Of a DNA stretch of 64,000 nucleotides, positions 1 through 8,622 are shown piece by piece. The notes under the pieces were generated by a model. The model was given only the letters and a program-made list of their open reading frames with translations. It did no database searches and was not told the DNA's origin. Location: contig JAAFIB010000002.1 in assembly GCA_013297725.1 (NCBI GenBank), positions 45,212 to 109,211 of the forward strand, given 5' to 3'. The stretch's first letter is position 1; each line of letters opens with the position of its first letter. A program made the translations under genes and the position numbers. This stretch comes from Sphingomonadales bacterium. Lineage in GTDB: Bacteria; Pseudomonadota; Alphaproteobacteria; Sphingomonadales; Sphingomonadaceae.

Positions 1-342
1 TTGGTGGATAGAGTCCGCAGCGAAACCGGACCTTATCTTGCCAAAAAGCTGGCAACGCTGAACGATCATCCGCTGGTTGGTGAAGCCCGTTCAGTCGGCT
101 TGCTTGGTGCGGTCGAGGTCGTTGCTGATAAGGCGACAGGCGCGCGGTTTGGCGGAGCCGAAGGCACGGCTGGGCCGATGGTGCGCGATGCGTGCATTCG
201 AAATGGCTTGATGGTGCGCGGCATCCGCGACAGCATTGTTATGTGCCCGCCGCTGATTGTCACCACCGCGCAAATCGACGATCTGGTTGGTATCATCCGC
301 AAATCGCTGGACGAGGTAGAACCTAAGCTGCGCGCTTTATAA
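1..342 (+). CDS. Class III PLP-dependent aminotransferase, C-terminal part (5' truncated by window)
   Basis: ORF with 'GEARSVGLLGAVE' and 'GLMVR...DSIVMCPPL' motifs typical of class III aminotransferase C-termini. Confidence 0.85.
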   Translation: MVDRVRSETGPYLAKKLATLNDHPLVGEARSVGLLGAVEVVADKATGARFGGAEGTAGPMVRDACIRNGLMVRGIRDSIVMCPPLIVTTAQIDDLVGIIRKSLDEVEPKLRAL

Positions 343-1221
343 CGCGCAGCTCATTTGCACCTGCCCGGCTTTGGAATCGAACGTCAAAGCCGAGCAGCGC
401 GAGAGAAAATCCCGGCCAAGCGTCATCATATAACGCGGTTTTTTCTTGGAAGCTGCGGTAACAACAATCTCGTCCTGATCGACATCGGCGGCGTCAGCAA
501 TCTGGCTGGCATCGCCGAAATCGGACACGCGCACCAGCATTTGGTTCAGCGGCAAACCAGCGATGTTGATAGCTTGTTTCAGCTTTAACGGACGCGTCGG
601 GCGCTCGACACCAAACCGGATCATCGTCGAAACACTGTCTCCAGAAAAGCCGCCTTGATAGGCATCTGCAATCAAAACACCTGTTGATGCGGTGACTAAG
701 GTATCATTACGCAACAGGTTAAAACCGACCGCTATCGCATTTTCGCCAACCATCAGCTTCGCGTTGTTGCCGCCGTCTGACAGCGGCAAGATATACAGCT
801 TTTCTCCCGCGACCGCAGGCCTTAGCTGAAATCTTACAATGGGATAGGGGAGTGCGGCGGGCGAAATAGTGCCTGCGGCCCGATCTGTTGCTGCACCTTG
901 TGCAAACCAGAATGTCCGCTTTTTATCCTTCACGTCGCCAAAGTCATAATTCAAAACATTGGAGTTTGCCGTCAACTTGACAGGACCAACCATATGCCGC
1001 CCGCCGATCATGCTGCCTTTAAGGCCGAGTTTGGTCGACGCATCGGCATTCAATACACGGCTGCTGCCGATATCAGGATCAACGAGCAGTTTGAACGATT
1101 GACCATTGATTTTGACATCGATTGTATAGTCACCCGATAATTCCAGAACGCGGTTGCTATCTTGTGCGATGCTGGCACTTGATAGGGAAAGAGCAACAAC
1201 ACCCAAACTCAAATATCTCAC
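337..1221 (-). CDS. Secreted hypothetical protein, retropepsin/aspartyl-protease-like
   Basis: Signal peptide (VRYLSLGVVALSLSSASIAQ). 'VKING...LLVDPD' resembles the retropepsin 'F-x-x-D-T-G' region but is degenerate. GTG start at 1221 follows GAGGA. Confidence 0.55.
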   Translation of the reverse strand: MRYLSLGVVALSLSSASIAQDSNRVLELSGDYTIDVKINGQSFKLLVDPDIGSSRVLNADASTKLGLKGSMIGGRHMVGPVKLTANSNVLNYDFGDVKDKKRTFWFAQGAATDRAAGTISPAALPYPIVRFQLRPAVAGEKLYILPLSDGGNNAKLMVGENAIAVGFNLLRNDTLVTASTGVLIADAYQGGFSGDSVSTMIRFGVERPTRPLKLKQAINIAGLPLNQMLVRVSDFGDASQIADAADVDQDEIVVTAASKKKPRYMMTLGRDFLSRCSALTFDSKAGQVQMSCAL

Positions 1222-1305
1222 TATCGCTTTGTCCTCATCAAGTTGAAATCTCATCTTTGGTTGCAATCGCACTGACCCCAGCCACCCATTAATCGATTAT
1301 ACGAA

Positions 1306-2436
1306 TCAAGGCTTGATCAGATATTTCTCGCCAGTGCGTTTGGCATTATAGGCCTGCAAAGTGGCAGGGCTCACCGCCTCGGCAAGCGAAATCCGGTGGC
1401 TGTAATGGCTTTTGAAAGTGGTCGTCAGTTCCGCAGCAACGCGTGCGCGCATTTTGCCAACAATCTCGGCCCCCGCCTTTGCCATAAACGGCGTCAGCAG
1501 CCAGCCGCCCAGCCCCCAGGTCAGGCCAAAGCTGCGGTTCAAAATCGTCGGCCCAACATCCAGCGCACCATAAATATAGACCTGCTTCATTTGGTCAGAA
1601 CCATAGCGGCTATAGCTTGTCATCCGGCGTACAGCCGCCGCCTCCATCGCCGCCAAGATCTGGCCAGAAATCTTCCCGCCGCCAATCGGATCAAAGCCGA
1701 GAAACGCCTCGGTCTCGTAAATCGCCTGCACCAGATCCACGGTGAAATTCTCTGCGGTTGAATCAAGCACAATCTCTGCGCCGATGCTTTTCAGCAAATC
1801 GACCTGCGCCTGACTGCGTACGATGTTGATAAGCGGAATGCCATCGGCCTTGCAGATTTTCACCAGCATTTGGCCAAGGTTCGATGCAGCTGCGGCATGG
1901 ACTATACCCTTATACCCCTCCATTTTCATAGTTTCGGTAAAGCCGAGCGATGTTAGCGGATTGACGAAGCATGATGCGCCATCCTCTGCATCGGTACCAT
2001 CGGGCAGTGGCATACACGCCATAGCGGCAAGACAGCGGTATTCCGCGTAAATCTCTCCACCGATCAACGCGACTGTTTTGCCGAGCAATGCCTGTGCTGC
2101 GTCAGATGCCCCTGCCGCAACAACTATACCGCAGCCTTCATTGCCGATCGGCATCGCCTGATCCACACGCGATGCCATAAACCGCATGCCAGCTTCAGAA
2201 ACATCCATCGCTACGCCCGGCTGACCGCCCCGTTCAATAGCGCGAGCACTCGTCACATCAGCAGCGCCGACCATAAGGCCGAGGTCCGATGGATTGATCG
2301 GAGTCGCCAGCACTTTGACGAGCACCTCGTGATCTTTGGGTTGCGGCATTGGCAACGGTGCCAAATACAACTCCATAGAGCCACCCGCTTTCACTTCGGT
2401 CAGCATGGTCATGTTGGTTGCGGGCAAATCGGTCAT
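1306..2436 (-). CDS. Zinc-type alcohol dehydrogenase-like / NADH oxidase (MDR superfamily)
   Basis: 'VLVKVLATPINPSDL', 'IGNEGCG', 'AAASNLGQML' and terminal 'GEKYLIKP'. Confidence 0.85.
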   Translation of the reverse strand: MTDLPATNMTMLTEVKAGGSMELYLAPLPMPQPKDHEVLVKVLATPINPSDLGLMVGAADVTSARAIERGGQPGVAMDVSEAGMRFMASRVDQAMPIGNEGCGIVVAAGASDAAQALLGKTVALIGGEIYAEYRCLAAMACMPLPDGTDAEDGASCFVNPLTSLGFTETMKMEGYKGIVHAAAASNLGQMLVKICKADGIPLINIVRSQAQVDLLKSIGAEIVLDSTAENFTVDLVQAIYETEAFLGFDPIGGGKISGQILAAMEAAAVRRMTSYSRYGSDQMKQVYIYGALDVGPTILNRSFGLTWGLGGWLLTPFMAKAGAEIVGKMRARVAAELTTTFKSHYSHRISLAEAVSPATLQAYNAKRTGEKYLIKP

Positions 2437-2520
2437 CTTGGCTCTCCGGGTGTGTTCCCATGAACGGGAATCGGTTTTCGTTTGAAACGGAGTATCGGCA
2501 ACCCGCGGTAAAGGGAAGTG

Positions 2521-2736
2521 CTAGCCAGCCTTTATTGCCAAAGCGGTCGACATCAATGTGACCATGATCGCAAAGACACTAATCCCCGTCCACGGCATGA
2601 ACCCTACCTGTTCAATCCGTGTCCTGCGATGGCGGCGGCGGTCTGCAAAAATGCTTACAGCAGATAGGATCGCCGCGCCGGCAGCGATCACTGTCCAGAT
2701 ATGAAATGTCCAAAGTTCCGCGAGATAGTCCTGCAT
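2521..2736 (-). CDS. Small two-TM hypothetical membrane protein
   Basis: Two hydrophobic segments flanking 'DRRRHRR...VGFMPW'; start uncertain (2736 or 2754). Confidence 0.6.
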   Translation of the reverse strand: MQDYLAELWTFHIWTVIAAGAAILSAVSIFADRRRHRRTRIEQVGFMPWTGISVFAIMVTLMSTALAIKAG

Positions 2737-2797
2737 ACGCGGCAAATGGTGCATGATTTCGGGAAGCGCAAGACTTGCGCGCCATTTTCATAGGGCT

Positions 2798-3757
2798 ATG
2801 GCTGCTGCGATGCCAACGCCCGCCGAACAACCTGTGGCCGCCACAGCCATTGCACCAGAACCGCGGCCAATGCTGGGCATATTTTTGCGAATTGGCGCAG
2901 TGATCGTTATCGGCGTCATGTTTTTGCTGGTAAAAATTGCGGGCAATCGCGGTGTTCACGTCGCCGAAAGCCTTTTTTGGAGGCAGTTGGCGGGCCTTCC
3001 AATAGCCGTCCTGTGGCTGTGGTTCAGCAACAGCCTAGCCTCTATTCGCACTCAACAGCCTGGCGGACATGCGCTTCGCATGGTCCTTGGCATCGCGGCG
3101 ATGGGGCTGAATTTCACGTCGATGATCTTGCTGCCAATGGCCGACGCAACGACATTTGGTTTTGCCACGCAGATATTTGCAACAATCTTAGCCGCACTGT
3201 TTTTGGCTGAACCGACGGGCAAATATCGATGGGCTGCGGTCATTATGGGCTTTATCGGTATTTTGATCGCTTTGCGCCCCGGCCAAGAGAGCATCAACAG
3301 CACAGGCGTTATGGTTGCTCTGCTGGGCGCATTGCTGACCAGTTGCACAGTCATCCAGCTTCGCCGCCTCAACCGCACAGAAACCCCGGGCGCGATTGTA
3401 TTCTGGTTCAGCCTGACCTCAATTGTTCCGCTAGGCATTGCACAGCTTTTTCTCGGCCGAGCCCATGATGCGCAAACTTGGACGGTCATCGCGGGCCTAT
3501 CCTTAGCAGGCGCAATCGGGCAGATATTGTTGACCGCATCGCTGCGCTACGCCTCGGTCGCGACCATTATGACGATTGATTATGGATCACTTCTATGGAC
3601 AGCATTGCTCGGCTATATTGCCTTCGCAGACGTCCCGAGTGGTTCTGTATTGCAAGGCGCGCCACTGATCATTGGAGCAGGTTTAGTTATCGCGTGGCGC
3701 GAGCAGCATCTTGCGCGGAACCGTGCGGCTAAATTGCGGGAATCTCTCGCCGATTGA
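2798..3757 (+). CDS. DMT/EamA family transporter
   Basis: About 10 TM segments in two EamA repeats ('LAALFLAEP.G..RW.AV..GF.G'). Confidence 0.9.
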   Translation: MAAAMPTPAEQPVAATAIAPEPRPMLGIFLRIGAVIVIGVMFLLVKIAGNRGVHVAESLFWRQLAGLPIAVLWLWFSNSLASIRTQQPGGHALRMVLGIAAMGLNFTSMILLPMADATTFGFATQIFATILAALFLAEPTGKYRWAAVIMGFIGILIALRPGQESINSTGVMVALLGALLTSCTVIQLRRLNRTETPGAIVFWFSLTSIVPLGIAQLFLGRAHDAQTWTVIAGLSLAGAIGQILLTASLRYASVATIMTIDYGSLLWTALLGYIAFADVPSGSVLQGAPLIIGAGLVIAWREQHLARNRAAKLRESLAD

Positions 3758-4547
3758 GATGTACCGGGATTTGTGATCGAACAGCATCGACACGTGTCAA
3801 ATCCAGCTCAATACAAGCCAGCCCTTCCCCCTCGCCCATATCCAAAAGCACTTCGCCCCATGGATCAACAACTAGGGAATGCCCATAGGTCGCGCGTCCG
3901 TCTGCATGCGTCCCAGATTGTGCAGCCGCGATTACAAATGCCGCCGATTCAATCGCCCGTGCTCTTAATAGAACATGCCAATGCGCCTTTCCGGTCGGCA
4001 CTGTGAAGGCGGCAGGAACTGCAAACACCCGGGCACCAGCCTGCACCAATTTGCTGTAAAGATCTGGGAAGCGCATGTCGTAACAGATCGTCATGCCCAT
4101 CAGCCCCAATGGAGTGTCGACAAGCACTGGTCCATCGCCACCACGATACGCAGATGATTCGCGCCAGCTCTCTCCGGTCGATAGATCGACGTCAAACAAA
4201 TGCATCTTGTCATAGCGCGCGCGGACTATTCCGGTGTTGTCGATCAAGAAAGAACGGTTTCCGTAACGGCCGCTTTCATCTTCGTGGAGGACAGGCATGG
4301 ATCCAAGGTGCACCCATATATTTGTATCAGCCGCCGCTTTGCATATGTCGTTCAGGAATGGGTTACTTGCCTCGATGAGGATAGATTCTTTGGCGCGGCG
4401 ACGGTCACGATCAAGCAGCACCGACATTTCAGGAGCAAAGTACATCTGCGCACCTTGCCCCGCAGCGGAATGCACGCCTGTGATGACTTTTTTCGTGTTT
4501 TCAGTAGGATCAATCCCACTACACATTTGATGAACAGCAATTTTCAT
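3729..4547 (-). CDS. Carbon-nitrogen hydrolase (Nit1/Nit2-like)
   Basis: E-K-C triad motifs 'APEM', 'YDKMHLFD', 'ICYD'; also 'HWHVLLRARAIE'. Confidence 0.92.
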   Translation of the reverse strand: MKIAVHQMCSGIDPTENTKKVITGVHSAAGQGAQMYFAPEMSVLLDRDRRRAKESILIEASNPFLNDICKAAADTNIWVHLGSMPVLHEDESGRYGNRSFLIDNTGIVRARYDKMHLFDVDLSTGESWRESSAYRGGDGPVLVDTPLGLMGMTICYDMRFPDLYSKLVQAGARVFAVPAAFTVPTGKAHWHVLLRARAIESAAFVIAAAQSGTHADGRATYGHSLVVDPWGEVLLDMGEGEGLACIELDLTRVDAVRSQIPVHLNRREIPAI

Positions 4548-4870
4548 AAACATCACTCTCTAGCCCATCCGCACAACAGCCGTTCAAAATCCAATCCGAA
4601 AAGCATTCTTAGAACGCGACCTGGATATTAGCAGAATATCGAATCGCACAAATCAGCCTAACCAAATTCGTCGCGTAATTTGGAGATGATGGCATCTTCA
4701 CATTTCACAATTCCATAAAGTCGCTTCGCACTGCAGCAATTCTGCGCAACTTATGGCAGCGGAAAGACATTTTCCAACAACTTAGCGATTCTGGGCTTGC
4801 CTTTTTTCCATCATTATGCCAATTGCCCACAGTGTGTTTAAAACCACATGAAAAAAAAAGGAGCCAAAAA

Positions 4871-5125
4871 ATGCGTTTCGGTAAAGTTTCGCTCGCTGTT
4901 CTTGCGGCTGCGTCGCTCATCAGCGCCCCGGTTGTTGCTACTGCAGCTACTGCTTCGAAGTCTGCTTCGGCAGCTCAATCGAAGCGTGTTGGTGCGGCAA
5001 CGAAGGAAGAAAGTAAGCTTGGCGGCGGTAGCGGCGTAATCGTTGCTGTAGTTGCTGCAGCTGCAATCATCGCTGGTATCGTTATTGCTGCTGGCAATGA
5101 CGACGATGCCCCAACCAGCCCGTAA
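4871..5125 (+). CDS. Small Ala-rich exported/membrane protein
   Basis: GGAG RBS, signal peptide, C-terminal hydrophobic segment, 'DDDAPTSP' tail, followed by a terminator. Confidence 0.8.
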   Translation: MRFGKVSLAVLAAASLISAPVVATAATASKSASAAQSKRVGAATKEESKLGGGSGVIVAVVAAAAIIAGIVIAAGNDDDAPTSP

Positions 5126-5145
5126 GAGCTGATTGATCATTCTAG

Positions 5146-5175
5146 AAAAAGGCGGCTCACAGCCGCCTTTTTTTT
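5146..5175. terminator. Intrinsic terminator, potentially bidirectional
   Basis: AAAAAGGCGGCT-cac-AGCCGCCTTTTTTT. Confidence 0.85.
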
Positions 5176-5250
5176 GCCTTTTGCAAGCTACGTGCACGCG
5201 AAATGCATCGATTTAACCTAATCGTCAAAGTGCTGTGATACGAAATTGTT

Positions 5251-6249
5251 ATGACCCAAAGCTTCACTGTTCTCGTTACCGGCGGTGCCGGATATATCGG
5301 TAGCCACGCAGTTCTTGCGCTAAAGGATGCCGGACATAATCCTGTTGTCATTGACAATCTGACCACTGGTTTTCGCTGGGCGCTACCCGGCGACGTCCCC
5401 TTTTATCAGGGTGACATATCCGACGAAGCGCTCGTCGCCAAGATCATTGCGGACCACCGAATCGAAGCGATCATGCATTTTGCCGGATCAATCATCGTCC
5501 CCGAATCGGTTGAGAACCCCCTGAAATATTATCGCAACAATACTGCCAACAGCCGCAGCATTATCGAATCAGCAATCACCGGCGGCGTGAAGCACTTTAT
5601 TTTTTCTTCTACTGCAGCGACATACGGCATTCCGGAGGAAAGCCCGGTGCGTGAAGACACACCCACTTTGCCAATCAACCCTTACGGCCTGTCGAAGTTG
5701 ATGACCGAACATATGCTGCGCGATGTCGCAGCGGCGCATGATTTCAACTATTGCGCCTTGCGCTATTTCAACGTCGCAGGCGCAGACCCGCACGGACGCA
5801 CCGGCCAGTCCACCGCTGGTGCAACGCATCTGATCAAAGTTGCTGTCGAAACCGCTTTAGGCAAGCGCAGCCATGTCAGCGTATTTGGCACCGATTACGA
5901 TACCGACGATGGCACAGGTGTGCGCGACTATATCCATGTCAGCGACCTTGCCGCCGCTCATGTCATTGCGCTTGAAAATCTGTTTGCTGATCCTGCGCGC
6001 AGCCATGTGCTCAATTGTGGCTATGGCCATGGCTATTCGGTGCTTCAGGTTCTCGACGCTGTTGACCGCGTGACCAATTCACAGATTGAACGCCAACTCG
6101 AAGGACGCCGTGCAGGCGACCCTGACGCGCTGATTTCAGACAATCGAGAGATTAAGGCGCGTTTTGGCTGGCAACCAAAGCATGATGACTTAGACGTTAT
6201 CGTCAGCCATGCTCTGCAATGGGAACGGAAATTGAGCGAGCGAACATAG
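5251..6249 (+). CDS. galE: UDP-glucose 4-epimerase
   Basis: '[13 protein letters not shown]', '[17 protein letters not shown]', 'PYGLSK', 'GVRDYIHV'. Confidence 0.95.
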   Translation: MTQSFTVLVTGGAGYIGSHAVLALKDAGHNPVVIDNLTTGFRWALPGDVPFYQGDISDEALVAKIIADHRIEAIMHFAGSIIVPESVENPLKYYRNNTANSRSIIESAITGGVKHFIFSSTAATYGIPEESPVREDTPTLPINPYGLSKLMTEHMLRDVAAAHDFNYCALRYFNVAGADPHGRTGQSTAGATHLIKVAVETALGKRSHVSVFGTDYDTDDGTGVRDYIHVSDLAAAHVIALENLFADPARSHVLNCGYGHGYSVLQVLDAVDRVTNSQIERQLEGRRAGDPDALISDNREIKARFGWQPKHDDLDVIVSHALQWERKLSERT

Positions 6250-6290
6250 CCCGTCTTGCACTCGCGTTAGTTGCCCCCCATATCCGGCAT

Positions 6291-6857
6291 ATGGATACAA
6301 ACGCACACAATAATCCCACAACCTGGTATGGCACCACCATCCTGTCAGTCCGCAAAAACGGCAAAGTTGTAATCGTCGGTGACGGCCAAGTCTCAATGGG
6401 CCAAACCGTTATGAAGCCCAACGCCAAAAAGGTGCGGCAGTTGCACGATGGTAGCGTCATTGGCGGCTTTGCCGGAGCCACTGCAGATGCCTTTACCCTG
6501 TTCGAACGGCTGGAGAAAAAACTGGAGGCGCATCGCGGCCAGTTAATGCGCGCGGCGGTTGAGCTTGCCAAGGATTGGCGTACCGATAAATATCTGCGCA
6601 ATCTTGAGGCGTTGATGATTGTTGCTGACAAGGACATCACACTCATCCTGACAGGTAATGGCGATGTGCTGGAACCCAATGACGGGATTGCGGCGATTGG
6701 TTCGGGCGGCAACTATGCGCTGTCCGCTTCACGTGCGTTGATGGAATACGAAGCTGACGCCGAAAAGCTGGCGCGTCACGCTATGAAGATCGCCGCCGAA
6801 ATCTGCGTTTATACTAATGACCAATTGACCGTAGAGGTCATGGACAGCGCAAGCTGA
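6291..6857 (+). CDS. hslV: ATP-dependent protease peptidase subunit HslV
   Basis: Mature N-terminus 'TTILSVRK', '[12 protein letters not shown]', 'IGSGGNYA'. Confidence 0.96.
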   Translation: MDTNAHNNPTTWYGTTILSVRKNGKVVIVGDGQVSMGQTVMKPNAKKVRQLHDGSVIGGFAGATADAFTLFERLEKKLEAHRGQLMRAAVELAKDWRTDKYLRNLEALMIVADKDITLILTGNGDVLEPNDGIAAIGSGGNYALSASRALMEYEADAEKLARHAMKIAAEICVYTNDQLTVEVMDSAS

Positions 6858-6874
6858 TCTGGAAAGCCCATAAA

Positions 6875-8176
6875 ATGCTACAAAACCTTACTCCCAAAGC
6901 CATTGTTGCTGCGCTGGATGAACACATTATCGGACAGGCGGATGCTAAGCGCGCTGTCGCAGTCGCTCTCCGCAACCGTTGGCGGCGTCAGCGACTGGAT
7001 GCTGATCTTCGTGATGAAGTGACACCCAAAAACATCCTGATGATTGGGCCTACTGGCTGCGGCAAAACCGAGATCAGCCGCCGCCTTGCCAAGCTTGCGG
7101 ACGCGCCGTTTATCAAAGTGGAGGCAACCAAATTCACCGAGGTCGGCTATGTCGGGCGAGATGTAGAACAAATCGCCCGTGATCTGGTCGAAGAAGCTGT
7201 GCGCCTTGAAAAAGACCGCCGCCGCGAACTGGTGCGCGAAGCTGCCGAAGCAACGGCAATGGAACGCATCCTGAAACCACTGGCAGGGGACACCGCCAGC
7301 GAAGCAACGCGCGAAGCATTCCGTCAGCGGATCCGCGACCGGCATATGGATGATGTCGAGATCGAAATCGAAGTTTCCGACGCGCCCTCTATGCCGATGG
7401 ATATTCCCGGCATGGGCGGCGGCGCGATGATCAATATTTCCGAAATGATGGGTAAAGCCTTTGGTCAGGGAAAGACCAAAAAGCGCAAGATGAAAGTGCC
7501 AGAGGCGTGGACCAAGCTGGTTGACGAAGAGGTCGAGCGCCGCCTTGATCAGGACGATGTCGCCCGCAGCGCAATCGCCGATGCAGAGGCGAACGGTATC
7601 GTCTTTCTGGACGAGATAGACAAAATCGCGGTCTCCGACACCAGAGGAGGCGGGTCGATCAGCCGCGAGGGGGTGCAGCGTGATTTGCTACCCTTGATCG
7701 AAGGCACCACCGTTTCGACCAAATACGGCCCGATGAAAACCGACCATGTGTTGTTCATCGCCAGCGGTGCGTTCCACATTTCCAAACCTAGCGATATGCT
7801 GCCCGAGCTGCAGGGTCGCCTGCCTATCCGCGTTGAATTGCGTGCGCTTACGCAGGAAGATTTCGTCCGCATTCTTTCGCAGACAAAAGCCAACCTGCCT
7901 CAACAATATGCCGCATTGCTGGCGACCGAAGAGGTGACGTTGAATTTCACCGAAGACGCAATTGAGGCGCTGGCCAAGATCGCGGCGGACGTGAACGACA
8001 GCGTTGAGAACATCGGTGCACGGCGATTGCAAACGGTTATGGAAAAACTGTTGGAGGACATCAGCTTCGACGCCGAAGACCAAAAGGGCCAGACGTTTAA
8101 GATCGACGCGGCCTATGTCACTAAACAGCTAGCGGGCATTGCCAAGGACACTGACCTTTCGAAATACGTTCTTTGA
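6875..8176 (+). CDS. hslU: ATP-dependent protease ATPase subunit HslU
   Basis: '[16 protein letters not shown]', 'GYVGRDVE', 'DEIDKI', '[13 protein letters not shown]'. Confidence 0.97.
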   Translation: MLQNLTPKAIVAALDEHIIGQADAKRAVAVALRNRWRRQRLDADLRDEVTPKNILMIGPTGCGKTEISRRLAKLADAPFIKVEATKFTEVGYVGRDVEQIARDLVEEAVRLEKDRRRELVREAAEATAMERILKPLAGDTASEATREAFRQRIRDRHMDDVEIEIEVSDAPSMPMDIPGMGGGAMINISEMMGKAFGQGKTKKRKMKVPEAWTKLVDEEVERRLDQDDVARSAIADAEANGIVFLDEIDKIAVSDTRGGGSISREGVQRDLLPLIEGTTVSTKYGPMKTDHVLFIASGAFHISKPSDMLPELQGRLPIRVELRALTQEDFVRILSQTKANLPQQYAALLATEEVTLNFTEDAIEALAKIAADVNDSVENIGARRLQTVMEKLLEDISFDAEDQKGQTFKIDAAYVTKQLAGIAKDTDLSKYVL

Positions 8177-8221
8177 TTGTTCTCTTTTTTCTGTTATTAT
8201 TTCAGCGGAAGGAGAGCAATT

Positions 8222-8622
8222 ATGTCATTAACAGGCGGATGCCAATGTGGCGCAGTTCGGTATCAGGTGGATGGAACACCTCAGCATGTGGCTCTATGCC
8301 ATTGCAATGATTGCCGTAAATCGGCTGGTGCCCCCATGGTCGCATGGGCTGCATTTGCAGAGAGTGAATTCACGCTACTGCAAGGTGAGCTGACCACATT
8401 CAATTCCTCTGGTAATTCCATTCGTAGCTTTTGTCCGAAATGCGGCACAGGTATTGCGTATCGCAACGAAGAGTTTTTACCCGGTATTGTTGATATCCAA
8501 TCCGCCACACTTGACGATCCCGACCCCTGCCCGTTGGTGCGCATATTCAGGTTGCCGAACGGATCGGCTGGATGGCACAGGCGCATGGATTACCAGAATT
8601 TCAGCGTTATCCGGGGATGTGA
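8222..8622 (+). pseudogene. GFA/CENP-V family protein with a 1-nt frameshift near 8525 (or a sequencing error)
   Basis: 'GGCQCGAVRY...CHCNDCRK...FCPKCG'. A family-like C-terminus 'PVGAHIQVAERIGWM...LPEFQRYPGM*' lies in the -1 frame from 8530 to 8622. Confidence 0.75.

Noticed and set aside
4705-4920. 71-aa minus-strand ORF upstream of the nitrilase gene
   Set aside because: Overlaps the start of the small + strand gene; no motif or RBS.
6190-6712. Alternative ORFs around the galE-hslV junction
   Set aside because: Shadows of hslV; HslV starts at 6291 with no galE overlap.
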